64,000 nucleotides of DNA from Chrysomallon squamiferum (taxonomy: Eukaryota; Animalia; Mollusca): contig CM022672.1 in assembly GCA_012295275.1 (NCBI GenBank), forward strand, positions 11,408,001 to 11,472,000, read 5' to 3'. The position numbers and the translations under genes were made by a program. How positions within the stretch are numbered: position 1 is the first letter of the stretch; every line of letters starts with the position of its first letter. The notes below the pieces were generated by a model that was not told the DNA's origin, did not search any database, and saw only the letters and a list, made by a program, of their open reading frames with translations. Of this stretch, positions 1-14,345 are shown one piece after another.

Positions 1-68
<68 letters not shown>
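1..68. repeat. (TA)n microsatellite; representative of dozens of (AG)n, (AC)n, (ATT)n, (TATG)n, (TATC)n, (AGT)n tracts across the window
   Basis: Direct reading; other examples at 965-1040, 13008-13093, 19800-19887, 21133-21208, 26875-26972, 30185-30290, 35040-35430, 39079-39165, 42813-42907. Confidence 0.95.
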
Positions 69-73
<5 letters not shown>

Positions 74-260
74 CAGGTATCATGTTATGGTCTGTATGTG
101 TGTATGTTCGCTGGTAAATGTATGAGCATTTATCTGTATTTCATTATTATCAGTTGTCACTGTGTACATATCAGTTTGAAAACACATGACAGTGCACGAA
201 AATACTTAAATATGAATAACATTCAAAGTCTTTTGAAATGAAAAAAACACACACAAACAG

Positions 261-345
<85 letters not shown>

Positions 346-960
346 GTACTGATAAACATATTTTTCATTTATAAAAAGGTGGGTTTTTTAAAGCGTGGCT
401 TTGTTATTGTTTTCTAATAGCTGAATTGTAGTTTTTTACTTTAATTTTCGGTGACACATCTTTTTTTTATTATTCTTTTTTTTTTTTTTTCTCTTTGTTG
501 ATAACTGAAGAACTACCTGTCAACTTTTAAGTGGATAGCTTTAGCCATTATGCATCCAAAACTTGTTCTCATATTTTCCCGTGACCGACAGCATTAATGT
601 TGTTCAGATCTGTTGAATATCGACATTTTCTAAATTATCCGCGTTTCTCAGATCTTCTAAATATGACAGGAGTAATCCTTTGTCACTGTAACATCTGCAT
701 TCAAGGAAATCTTGATCAGTGATAACACCAGCTATTTATGCTAGACTGTCAGAGTTTATATGTAAATATAATACATCGCTTTACGGTGGATATGCATTTT
801 GAACAGCCATTACATTTGTGGCGAATCTGAAAACCATTATACTGATGTTTTCCGAAGATCAACAATAGCGATTTGGTAACTCTTACTTGTAATCGTTCAT
901 AATTATCATCATTATGGAATTCTTGTTTCCCCAAACATTACATAAAAGCTAATTATACAC

Positions 961-1042
<82 letters not shown>

Positions 1043-1519
1043 GGCTGACAATTTAAAATGAATCTTTCCGTCAATTCATGTCACACTTTTATACGATTGT
1101 AATTATATTGCCAGATACAACTGTTGTGAAATAATTTATAACATTCGTTATTATCCTCAGGCGTCGTTCTACTGTAAGACCATTAAATTTTGCCATATAC
1201 GGTGAACTTCGGGGGAGTGTTCATTTTTACGAAATACGCTGACCAAGAGGAACTATTTGTCACAACGACAGTGAAAAGGAGGGGACTGAAATGTCTGAAT
1301 TGTATCTTTGTTTCAACGTTTGACGAATGGAGACGCACGACAACCTCCCACGTCGGCTGTTTCATTTCGTCATTGGCTAGGATAGTTAATGTCGTCTGCT
1401 TGTCGCGAGCACCTAACGTAACAGACAAGTAATAATCTAACAGAAACGTGAACGCACTCGCTCCTTGAAATCCGATCAGAAGCTGGTGTAGGTTAAACGC
1501 AGTAACAGAGAGAGAGAGG

Positions 1520-1560
1520 GTGATAAAAAGGAAGCTACTTTTCGAGAGACTTCATATTAC
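1520..1560 (+). promoter_or_regulatory. Candidate core promoter of Argos-like gene
   Basis: GATAAAAA at ~1522 followed ~30 nt later by Inr-like TTCATATT, ~60 nt before the ATG; retained in the inverted copy and echoed at ~2759-2803. Confidence 0.35.
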
Positions 1561-1613
1561 TTACCTTCGTGTAACTGAACTGACCGAAGCTTGAATTTGA
1601 CTAAACCAGAAAA

Positions 1614-1742
1614 ATGGATTTTATTTTTTGTCTTTTCGTTCACATTTCTATTCTGAGCACGTGCTTTGCCTCCTCACCTTACTGGGAAAGTCCGTACGAA
1701 GTAAGTATTCATCTTTTATTTATAAAGTAATTAATTAATTTA

Positions 1743-1781
<39 letters not shown>

Positions 1782-1928
1782 GATTATTATTATTGTTGTT
1801 GTTGTTGTTGTTGTTATTGTTGCTGTTGTTTTATTTTGTCATTTTTCGTTCTTTTTAAATTTTTTAGTTTTATTTATTTATTTTGTTATTTATTTATTCA
1901 TTTACTTTTATCTTTGTATGGATTAAGG

Positions 1929-1966
<38 letters not shown>

Positions 1967-2696
1967 TTCGTTTAGTTTTTGGTGCAGATTTTAGTTTTCA
2001 AAACACTGAAGTAATATAGATTACAGAGATCTTCATTTTATGTTGACCATCTAATTTTCGAAATATTTATTGACATACTATAAAAATCTCCAATTATTGT
2101 TATTACTGAATACTATGTTAATAGCAGGGAGTTCAAACAAAGCGGAAAAAACCACAGACGAATTCTAGCAATTTAAATATATTTGATACGTATACCCACG
2201 AATATAAACTTTCTGCTGATTATTGTAAATCCTTATCTTGGATGTTTTAGTTTTGTCCATCATAATTAATAGCCCAATTTTGTAAATGTTCTAGGTTAAT
2301 TGTGTCTTTAATTATATTTGTAACTATGTTAGGATTAGTTTACATGAATCTAATATAGACCGGATATTCATCACGATCATTATCATCACTTGTTTTTTTT
2401 GCCACAGTAGCTATTGTTATCATAATCAAGGTTATAATCACTTATATTATCATTAGCATCAGCAACAGCATCATCATTATTTGTTTTTGTTGGTGATGTT
2501 ACCTTTGACATTTTTCATCACCAAAACTATTAACATCATTAATGGGGCTAATTAGTCTTCGTTGCTTTTTCCAATGGAATGTTTCCCGTTCTAACACATG
2601 GTTTTATCAGAGGCAATGGTGCGTGCTATCCTGTCTGGACCTACCACTTAGAAAAGTCTTTTAAGTGATAAAATCGTCCGGCACACGCAAGTTCTG

Positions 2697-2727
<31 letters not shown>

Positions 2728-3328
2728 TAAATACATACACATTGTATGGAAGCATGAATGATAAAAGGAAGAAACTACTTTACTAGAAACTTCATATTAC
2801 TTATTAATGTAAGTATGTATTCATGCATATTTCTGTGTATGTGTATATGCATTGGTGTCCGTGTATATATATACGTATGTATATGACTGTGTGCGCGCGC
2901 ACGATTATTTATCATGGAGTTCTTAATGGTAAGCATTATCTGATCAGCAGAGAAAGTGGAACGCTAAAATAAACAAATCTGACAGACGGGATCTGTGAGA
3001 TGTCCTTGATTCGAAACGAAGTGTTTATTTTTAGAAGATTCAAGTTTCCCCATTACTAGTAAGTATCAAGTGAGTGGGTGTAGAATGTAAATAAAGTTAA
3101 GTTTTCTCAGAACGACGTACGGACACAAAAACATTAAAGAAGAGAATCTCCAATTACTTGTTATATTTGTTGTCATGTAATACTAGGGCTTGGCTAACTT
3201 GTACTTTTTTTAAATGAAAAGTTTACTTTGTAAAGTTATTTCCTGTTCAGCAGATATTAAACTGATGGAATTTTCTTTTACAAATTTGAATTTTAAATAT
3301 TTATATATTTTTGTTTTATTTATTTATT

Positions 3329-3400
<72 letters not shown>

Positions 3401-4548
3401 TTATTATTTAAATTCAAAATGAGGATTACAAATATAATTAAATATAGTGTTTACGCGTGGTTTGCAGATACTGTAGCTCATAAGAAATTATTTTAAAAAA
3501 TTAAGATTTTGGGGGTCCAGAATTTCTTTTTTATATACATTCCAGTGGGGAAAAAAAAAAAAAAAAAAAAACATAATAGTAAAGGAACCTGAAATACGTT
3601 TAATAAAGAATTTTCAGGTCTGTTTATCAACACACAGAAGCATATTCCAAAGCTTGCACGTGCATCATGCAGTTGTCTCACATTCCTGTCACTCTCGATT
3701 TTCACAATATCCAGGAAAGTCGATTAATCATTGAGGAACTTTTTTTTTTTTGTCAATTTTGTTTTCTCATGCTGTTGATCATGCAGTTTTTATTGTTGAA
3801 ATCAGCGCGACGTGACCAATGAACAGGAACCATCAATACCCACAATGCTGACGATCGATCTGGCAAGTTTCTGGTGTCCGAATTAGAAATCGTCTTCAAG
3901 CAACTCGTCTTCGTCCTCGAAGGCCTTCGGTTGTCAAAAGGGCCGCACTGCCCACAGACGGGAATGGTGCAGAGTGTGAGAACCAGGGTGTGTGCGTCGC
4001 TGGTTATGTTTTCAAGATGAGCCGCTGTTCACTTGGGCCTCTGCCTTTACAGTTACGGCATGAAAAATAAACGGGGCACGTCAGCATTTCGACTGGATTT
4101 TATGACAAATTAAGCGGTTGTGTAGGGTGGAATCACTACGATTGACAAAACCCCCGTCCCCTTCATCTCGTGCAAGGAAGGATCAAAGGTCAGTGCTAGC
4201 GGGAAAACACACTGACAGCTTTTGTTGTTTAATTTGGTAGGCGTGTGGGTCAATGTTTCGTTTTTCAGAACGACAATGCCCGTGCTCTCCGTGCACGAAT
4301 CGTCAGTGCTGACCTCCAGCAGCGCGACATCTATCGAATACCAGTCAGTGAAAACTGCAGCAAGTCACATTTAAAACGATTTCACTGAGAATTTTGTCAT
4401 TAGCAGATCATTCAGCCATTGAAAATTAATACTCGTACATCTGACTGTTGTATTCTGAATGTTAGATTTGAGAACAGCCAGACGAAGCTAGAAAGTAGTA
4501 AATTATATAAAAATAGTTAAAACACACGCACACGCACACACACACACA

Positions 4549-4640
<92 letters not shown>

Positions 4641-5069
4641 CACGCACACACGCGACCGTATTAGAAGACTCTTTTTAAAATGAGGGGAAAAAAACCTGTT
4701 TGATGTCTGATGTCTTTGAAGTCATTTATGTCTTTCATCGCAACGATATCGGTAGACTTCAAACTGTAACCGTAGACAAACGAATTCATTCAGTGGATAT
4801 CGTTTTTGTCGGAATAGAGATTTATCTTTTATAGTTTTGGAATAAAATCTTTGTATAAAAAAAATATTTAAAAATCTCCATATTTTGGGATGAGGCATTT
4901 GCCTCGTTTGCCTCGATGTGGTTACGACCATAATATATATATATATGATGGTCTTTATTAATTTTTGCTATTTATCAGTATCGAACGTAATGCAACATGA
5001 AACAAGTTTGACCAGTTTTTACTTCGTTGTACAAAACTGCCTTTAAAACAAAACGTGTTAAAAAAATAA

Positions 5070-5115
<46 letters not shown>

Positions 5116-6829
5116 TATAAAATAAAATTATTTTAAAAAAAAAAAAAAAATAAAAATAATAATATAGTCAACATTAAATTCGCGTATTATTACATAAACA
5201 AAACAAGTGTGTGTATGTGTGTGTATCTATAAGTAAGTATAGTGTAGTGTATTATAGTGTATATGCGTATGTATGTGTGTGTGTGTTTTCACGAATCTGT
5301 TATATTCGTTATTATGAACTATAAGACAACGTTATATATATATATATACACTGCTGTGATTAATGCGGTTAATTGTTACTTAATAGCTTGATTGTTCCAC
5401 CGGAAATTGTTATAGTGCTGGTCATACGTTACCCCTTGACCTGTATTAATTTTAACATAGCTGAGCGGATCTAGTCGTCTTTACAGTGGGGGTTCTCATC
5501 CTGCAGGCTTGTAAAAAAAAAATCGTGACCATTGTATTTATTATATATAATATAGATGTGCAGAATCGGCTGTTCTGTTTTTCAAATGTATATGTTTTAT
5601 GGACACTCAAAATAAATAATAATAATGACCGGACCTGTCAAGATTAAAACAGTATGACTAATCATTCTTATCAGTAGATGTAGAAAATTATTGATTGTTT
5701 CATTTCACGCATGCTTACTGTATTATATAGAGCACATAATGGTTGCATATCCTAATTCTGTATAACGCTTGGTTGCCTTATTTCTGCATGATTTTATTGC
5801 ATATAACAATGTTTGCATTTCTAATTTCGTCCGTTATTTTGCAATAATGTTTGCACGTCTTTTTTCGTCCATTATTTTGATCTGGATAATGTTTGCATGT
5901 CTTTTTCGTCCATTATTTTGTTGTGTATAATACTTGGTTGTCTTATTTCTCCATTTCTTTATTGTATATAATGTTTGCATATCCTGTTTCGTCCATTGTT
6001 TTACTGTATATATAATGCCAGCATGTCTTATTTCTAACATTATAGCACTGTTCACAATGCTTGCATATCCTATTTTACCCACTCTTTTAATGCACATATA
6101 CTTGTATATCCTTTTTCATACACTATTTGAGCACATAAGCTCAGAAACAGGTGAATGTGTGTCCCTTATTTTAATTCATTCCTTATCATATTCTATTTCG
6201 TCCATATAGTAATCTTAAAATTATCTAAATGGATGAATTTTGCTGAGATCCACAACCAGTGCATGGCCCAGTCATGAGAAATCGTAACATCACTCTGAAA
6301 CCGCTAGCATCGTATGTTTTTTTCGCGAAGCTAAACTGTTCATTACTTTTGTGATGACTACAAACGTGGCTGTAACTCCCAGTGAGAAACTTTCCGTGAT
6401 TGTTCAAGTGTTATGTGATGATAAACCACACCAGAACTGGACGATGTAACTGAAGTGGTCACATCCGATTAGTCTCCGTGACCTTCCAACTTGCGTATGG
6501 TTATTTTAACTGGACAAGCAGTAGCCAGTACGTCTGCTGCTGTTACAGAGCTATTTCCTGTTCTGTCCAATACCCTTGACTTATTTATCAAACGCTGTGG
6601 TATGTGGTTTCCTGTATGCAACGAATGTGCGTATAAAAGATCCACTGAGCTATTAATAGACACAAATAAGCCCATTAATTTGTAATGGCTGGTTTCCTCT
6701 GTAATTTCATCATTATGCGTAAAAATATTTTAGAGTATTATTCATCAGAATTCATTCATTTAAAGCAGCCGCTGTTTCATTCATTGAGTGTACATGTATG
6801 TACATATTTGTGTATTCATGCATGGGTTT

Positions 6830-6874
<45 letters not shown>

Positions 6875-8085
6875 TAGATAGATAGATAGATAGATATAGA
6901 TATAGATATATAGATAGATGTATGTATGTATGCATGTGTATATATGTATGTGCGTAACTCTGCTTGTATGTATGTGTGTATACCATTGTTACTTTTATTA
7001 TTATCATTGTTATTATTATTACTGTTACTGTTTATTATCATTGTTGTTGTTGTTATTATTATTATTATTATTATTAATCTATTTCATATCTTTAGGACCA
7101 TATAATTTATAACGATCAGTTTTCCTAAAACGCAGGCTTTGCCATTGATTAAGAATCAGTCGTAATACTGTTTTCAATATTACTGAATTTTATCAACATA
7201 AAAGCATTATTTATTAGCACACGCCGATCAGAACTGTTACTGGGTTGTTGTTGTTTTGTTTTTTTTCCATCGTTTCTGTCACTTCAGTTAATGTTGAAAT
7301 ATCTTCTGTTTATGTGAGAATCTCTGGAAATATTTCTACATCGTTTTGTTAAGATTCATTTGCTAATAATACGAACGTAATTAGTAATCGATACGACACT
7401 AATTTTCGTTATGCAGTTGAAATTTTCATGCCGTGAGTGATGATAATTTCGTTTATTTGAAACAAGATATGAAGATGCTGAAACAAAATAAAATGACCAG
7501 TTATTAAGGATTTCCAAATTAATAAGAAATTCAATTATTAAGGATAAGGAAATAATAATAATAAAAAAAAACTCGTTATCAAGGATATCAAAATAATAAA
7601 GATTAATTAACTAATTATTAATGGTGTCGAAATTAATAAGAAAATCATTTATTGGGGATATCTAAATTAATAAGAAAACCAGTTAATAAGAATATAAAAA
7701 TTAATTAGAAAATCCGTTATTAAATATATGAAATTAATAATTGATAAGCTATTAAGGAAACTGAGCTACATAAGAATACAGTTTATTACTATTATTATTA
7801 TTGTTGTTTTTGTTGTCATTATTATTTGTAATAAGAACATATTCAAAAGAAAAGGAAAAGAAAACGATCCAAAAACATTCAAAATAATCACTAACTTTCA
7901 AATATTTAGTTCAAAAAACATATACCAAGTAACAACAGCAGTAGTTACCTAATATTATATCTTCTACATACGCATGCACACATACACACAACACGTGGAT
8001 GCACACACATACACCCGCATGCACACACAACTCATCGATACACAAAAACAAACCAACACACACAACCATATATATATACAGAGAG

Positions 8086-8172
<87 letters not shown>

Positions 8173-11100
8173 TATGGACATCCTTATGTACGTATGTATG
8201 TGTGTGTGTGTGTGTGTGTACACACCTAATCAATAGTCAATACGACACAATATAATTATATGTGTTCATTTCTTTCGACAGGCACCCCGTATCTGTGAGC
8301 CTCAAAAGCCGTGTAAACTAATAGTGAGAGAGTATTTCTTGAATGGCACGTTACAAAATCGATTACAAACTGAAATGTGCTCCTGCGGTAGTGGCCGGAC
8401 TTGTCCCCAAGAATATGGCCGGAATATGCGCAAAACTGTCAGAATACGGCTAAGAAGTTCCGGTAAGTTTTTACTGTAACCGTAACAGCATGTGTTTTAT
8501 TGGTAAGTTTTGATGGGTGAATAAAATAGTCTGGTAAAATTCTCTGTATTTTAAAGATTTTATTTATTTGTTTTCGGAGACCGGCCATTACTCATTATTA
8601 ACCCGTTTACAAATGGCGAAATGATGTCACAGTTCACGTGACGGACTGGTAACTGTTTGATATCTCTAGATGAAATTTTATTGCAAAGCTGCCCGACTTC
8701 TCTATGCAATGACGTCACGACTACAGACATAATAAAATAGCTAGCCACACATGTTAGTGAAGTGTAATTTTTTGTTGCACCCTCGTTATTAATTAAAACT
8801 GGATGACGAAAGACGAGATAATAACACTATTTCTTGACATTATTCAAAATACACTTTAAACGAAAGGACAGAATGTCGGTCTTATTCGTGTTTCAACTTA
8901 GTATGTTATATTTTTTATATATTTACAAATAAAACCTTGCAAATCCAGTACTTACTTTCTGTTTTAACGTCATGATCGGACTTAGAATACAGACTTACGT
9001 TTTCAGACGCAAGTTCAGTTCTTCTCCAGTAGTCCAAAGACTGATTTAAGCTTCATATAAAATGTCCTTTGTAGGTAATCATTAAGAATAATATAAAAAA
9101 TATCGACTGTACGTTTCATGTTTCAAAGAATTGTTAAAAAAAAAATTATTATAATAATAATAATAAAAATGACGATGAGTATCGCTTTTGTCCAGCTATT
9201 TGATAATAAAAATGACAGCCCCGGTTAAAACCGAATCAAAAAACAAATAAACTATCAGCTCTCAACCGAGGTTTTTTTTTTGTTCTCTCTCTTTCTCAAA
9301 GAAGCCTCAGAAATAGCTATTTGTTTGCACAAGACCTTCAGTCTTGTTTCTGTGATGCTAGTTCTGGACGCATCAAGTGAATACTGGAGTCAGTTTCCAC
9401 CAGAAAGTCAGCGCATGACACTCATAGCATAAACGAGTTCGTTCTTCTCTCTCATTCAAGTCATTAAAAATCACCGCCGAATATTACCAGATGTGTAAAT
9501 ATATTTCCGCGTGCAAGATGAGTAACATCGAGTGAAAAAAAAGAAGAAATGAAGAAGAAGAAGCTTTATATGGCACTGGGTTAATTCGTGACGTTTATAG
9601 TGGTTTTAATTGTTACTCTTTCATTAAATCGAGATGAGATAATTAGAAAGATTCTATTTTAGATGCATAATGACAACAGTGTAACAATTTTATTTTATTA
9701 TTACTATTACTACCATTATAATTGCCACTTCTACTACTACGACTATTACTTCGACTACTACTGCTTCAACAACAACTACTACTATTACTATTACTACTGA
9801 TATTATTATTAGTAGTAGTAGTATTAGTATTATTAGTATTATTAAATAAATATTTGGTTTGTTTGTTAACTTCAAGATGGGAGATTCTGTTTTAACTATT
9901 ATAATAATAATAACTAAAGTGTGATTGATTATTGCGAGTATAACCGGCACAGTCAGTCAGATAAATAACAAAAATTTGTAAGCTTCATACACGTAAATAC
10001 TAAACGTGGATACCAAGCAATTGTTAAATATGCTTTTCTTTTCTCTTTCTTTCTTTCTTTCTTTCTTTTATTTTATTTATCATTTATTTTAATATTGTTA
10101 TTATTATTACTTTTTTATCTTTTTATTTTTTATTTTTTTTATTATTTTTTTATTGTATTTTTTAAGAATGTTTTGTCTGTTGCTCTTTAAATTTATCTTA
10201 ATGAATAACCTGCTATTCGGTTTTTGTTTTTCGCAGCTAAACGCATGATTATGGAAATGAAACACTGTCGTCCTCTTCAGCCCCTTCAGCTTTGCGGTCC
10301 CAACCAGTTAGCTCTCACTCTCAGTGGACATTCACTGATTCCACAAAAGGTGGTAAATTTCAACTGTCGATGCGAAGACAACAATCCTCTGCTGCTCCAG
10401 AAAATGAGGTACCTCGGACATGAAATAGAGCAGGATTTCGTCTGCACAATGGTAAGATGTTTACACTCATATATCTGTTCGTGCATGCATTATATATACT
10501 TATGTAGTTAGGTACACAAATACAAATAAAAAATAGTGATACACCCACACACATAACACACACACACACACACAGAAATACACACACATACACACATACA
10601 TACACACACCACAGAAAAGATCGAGCTAGCTAGATCATAATGTCATCATTCCATATAAACGAAATTGGTCAAAGCAACCCAGCAATGAATTAAGTCCACT
10701 GCAACTCATTTTGTCGGGACACACTTGCACTTCATTTACCCACCATGCTTAATTTTTCTATAAATGGAGCTTGCGTGAATCTGCGAAAAATGTGTTCCAG
10801 ATTCGAGCATGGTGAGACATTAGCTGATTTCTGTAGATCGAGGAAGAGCTCGTGGTTAGCAGTACACAAAGAAATGTTGTTCTGAGATTTGGTGTCGGTC
10901 ACAGCATGGCTGGTCGTCTTTGGCAGTTATAACAAGCGAGAAATCAGTTCGAAATCGACCACAGCGCGTAATCGCTGCACGCCAGTTATGTGAGAATCCG
11001 CGGACTGCGACGTCTGTCGTTTTTGAACAGACTGCACACAGTCTCCTCGGAATCAGTAATATGCACTGCCAGCGCCAGATTGTTAGACCACCATTTCTGT

Positions 11101-12036
11101 CTTTTCACAGAAAGGCCAAAACGTGACTTGTTATGCATGATGACAACGTGTTTATTTACAACGTATCGAGTACAGGTGATTGATGATTCCATGTTTAATC
11201 CGAGCTAAAGTAACGGTCGGGTTCGAGTCTACTGGTCCAAAGAATGTTTCGCTGATCTCAACGTCGGTCAAGGTCACCGGTTCGAGAAGCAGCATCATGG
11301 TGCCGTCTCTAGCAGTCTGTTGTGAGATTCTCCAGTTGGAGGCGGAGCAGTTCTGCTTGTCGACAATACCAGAGTCCATCGCGCCAGGGTAGAGACGGAC
11401 TTTCTTGGCCAGGATGTATTGGCAAGCAAATTCACCTGACTTGGCTTCAAAATGCACATCCCAAGAATGAGTTGGACGTGAGAGAGTTTTTGATCACCGC
11501 GCCATTCAGTTTTAGTTCCCATCATTCTGCAAGATGTGAGTCAACTTCTTGCGGCAGAGTGAAAAAATGTTCCCCAAAACCTCTTCAGACGTCTGATCAA
11601 CAGCATGAGATCAACAGCAATGTCGTCGCATCAGAAGTGGATTCATATGTTGTCAGTCCAAAATTTAATGTGCTGACGTGTAACTCCGTATTCCAACTTT
11701 GGCAGCATGTCAAGAGACTAAGTTGCAAACTGTTACTTTTATTAAAGAATTTCTGTAAATATGGAACAATAAATAAAATGTTGGATGTAGTTTACGTCTT
11801 CGATCTAATTCATCCAGAAACTGATCTGGTTATTGTTTTTTTTTCACCTTTTTCTATATTCTATTTTTCAGCCAACGTGTCAGATTCCTAGAGGAGGACA
11901 GGTTCCGTGTTTGCTTTGGATGCGCGAAGACCACGAGATATCTTACGTTTGCACGTGTCCCATTAACTTCAAATGCCATCTTTCATCCGAGACTCTAAAC
12001 CAAGAAACCGGCATGGGCTACTGTCAACCAGTTTAA
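1614..12036 (+). CDS. Secreted cysteine-rich Argos (giant-lens)/scoloptoxin-11-like protein, 4 exons, 215 aa
   Basis: Exons 1614-1700, 8282-8462, 10237-10451, 11872-12036, all GT-AG with matching phases (0,1,0); 648 nt, open to TAA. Signal-peptide-like start [19 protein letters not shown]. Mature chain has 16 Cys in 6+4+6 modules, each with CxC: [20 protein letters not shown] / LCG..NCRC..FVC / TCQ..PCL..VCTC..KC..GYCQPV. Motifs resemble Drosophila Argos as I recall them (CQRKQPCKL, YKMCQPVHKLPVC, terminal GYC). Confidence 0.85.
3780..4345 (+). mobile_element. Degenerate Tc1-like transposase fragment
   Basis: GC-richer block; ~4263-4330 reads [23 protein letters not shown], matching the Tc1 FQQDNARPHRA motif; many stops and frameshifts. 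Confidence 0.6.
5735..6130. repeat. Degenerate ~35-50-bp minisatellite
   Basis: Recurring ATAATGTTTGCATATCC/…TTTCGTCCATTATTTT motif. Confidence 0.65.
7495..7760. repeat. Degenerate AT-rich tandem repeat
   Basis: Recurring TTATTAAGGATAT..AAATTAATAAGAAAA motif. Confidence 0.6.
9847..10040 (+). repeat. ~190-bp dispersed direct repeat, copy 1 (copy 2 at ~16875-17068)
   Basis: AAATATTTGGTTTGTTT.TTAACTTCAAGATGGGAGATTCTG...CCGGCACAGT.AGTCAGATAAATAAC...TACCAAGCAAT occurs at both positions, each preceded by a trinucleotide microsatellite. Confidence 0.85.
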
Positions 12037-12291
12037 AACAGTGAAGGAAAATTCTGACACGATAAGACACTGATGGAAAATAATTGCTGATTCTGTCTTT
12101 ATTTATGTGTTCAGTTTTTTTTTTGTTGTTGTTGTTGTGTTTTATTTTTGTTTTTTAAATTTCTAAATTTTTTTTTTAATGCTGAAACAATCAGTATGAA
12201 AGACGTTTTAAGATATAAAAAAGAAAAACACAAATGACATATCCTTCTATTTGCATTTTTTTATATTTATTTTATATTTATTTATTGTTAC

Positions 12292-12349
<58 letters not shown>

Positions 12350-12460
12350 TACATGAAGTTATTGGTACTCGAGCTACTCATATAAGGCAAAGACATAGTA
12401 ACAGGTGAGAAAATTCACATCAGACTGAGTAAATGTGAACTAAATTTATTTTCATTTTGT

Positions 12461-12495
<35 letters not shown>

Positions 12496-13002
12496 TTTTA
12501 TTATTATTATTATTATTTTGTGATTCCATGCAAGACTCGCTGAGTGGGTCAAAATTCTGTCTTTTGTATATTCACTTAACACTTCTCATTTCTTTTATTT
12601 ATTTTCTCCCCATTTCTATATTCATTTAAGTACATGATTATTTTCTTGAATTATTAATACCTTTTAATTATAAGTATTTCCCTTTGACATAGTTTCTTCC
12701 ATTGTTATTAAATATATGTCCGAAGTCAGAAATAGTTTCTTTTTCTTTGTTTGTTTTTTATTTTATTTTATTTTTATTTTTTTCCTGTGTAAGAGTGAAC
12801 CCTCTTTTCTAACATATAATAATGTGTGAGGATCGAGTGTTGACAACATATAATGTTTAAATACGTACGTGCACGCTTGTGCACACACATTCATACATAC
12901 GTATGTGCATGCGTACACACTCCTACACACATACTTATATACACATATACATACTTTCCATACCGAACCATACCATATAACACATGATTAATACGTACAT
13001 GT

Positions 13003-13094
<92 letters not shown>

Positions 13095-14345
13095 AAAACA
13101 ACTGCTTAGTGATTGAATAACAAAAATTGCATTGCATGTTTAAATTGTTTAACAAAAACACTATTAGGCTGGGATACCATTAACCAGATACCGAAACGGC
13201 ACCGTAACGATACCGACACAAAACAAAACGCAGCATGTTATGAATAAATTAACACGAAACGATACATTTCAGGGACGAGAAACTCATATCGGTATTGTTT
13301 CGTGTTAATGAATTCACAGTGTAACGAAGATATAACTGCGAAACAGTTAAATTTATAATTAAACCTTGTGACTGGTAAAGATGTGCATTTCTATTATTTG
13401 AGAAAATTTAAATACATATATATATATATTTTTTTTTTTTTTGTACCCATGTCTAATGTTGGTAGATCATTTCACAGCTAAACCGCAAAATAGTAGTGAT
13501 AGCAATAGCAGTTTAATGGTAGTAATAGCAGTAGTAGTGATAGTAATAGCAGTAGTAGTGGTAGCAATAGCAGTAGTAGTAGTAGAAATAGTAGTAGTAA
13601 TAATAGTGGTAGTGGTAATAGTGATAGTAGTAGTAGTGGTAGTAATTTGTGTTGTTTCTTATCCAATCTGACAGGGAAGACAAACGCTATTAATATTTAT
13701 AACTATTAGGCTTTTCAAAAGTAAAGTCACAAAGGAACAAAAAATAAAATAATGTCGATTTCTTTATGCAAAATAAACGTGAAACAACTGTATAGAGAAA
13801 AAAAAATAAAGGAAATAAAAAATGGTTTATTATCACATCACTGAGCAGTCTGTACAGCGGAAAGTATATGTTAAATAAAAGACTGCAGTATAAATTGTTT
13901 CAGGTATACCGATTCACACATACAAAAAAAAAAAAAATTATAATAATAATTAAATAAATAAAAAATAAAAATAAATAAATAAATAAAAGCAAAGTACTAA
14001 ACTAAAAACAAAATAATAATCTGTGCATCACTTTTAATTTGAATGTTTCCAAAATGTTTGCTAAATTCTAATTTTTTTACAATATTGAAACAAAACAAAA
14101 ATTTAATAACAAAAACAAAAATGTCTTCCAGTTCTGTTGGGTGTAATTCTCTGAAAACCATGTAAGCAATCACCTGTTTTGAAAGCAAAGTCTACAAGTA
14201 AAATGAAAGAGTTTATCGATCTGTTTGGTCTAGAACATTTTCACATACCTATTATTTCACTCTCATAGTGACCAGGGTAACAGTAGCCATCAGGGACAGC
14301 TGTTGAAAGCGATCTCATTAATTACTTAGAATGACAGGATTTCGT

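Noticed and set aside
1183-1432. 80-aa ORFs on both strands, repeated at 19373-19712
   Set aside because: Their conservation reflects recent nucleotide identity of the duplicated upstream block; no recognisable protein features or splice support.
6230-6720. Higher-complexity block in Argos intron 1 as a possible extra exon or nested gene
   Set aside because: No convincing splice pair or motif, and the 4-exon model is already complete in phase; probably a decayed repeat.
11322-11891. 189-aa plus-strand ORF
   Set aside because: Lies mostly in intron 3 of the Argos-like gene, overlaps exon 4 out of frame, has a non-ATG start and no recognisable motifs.
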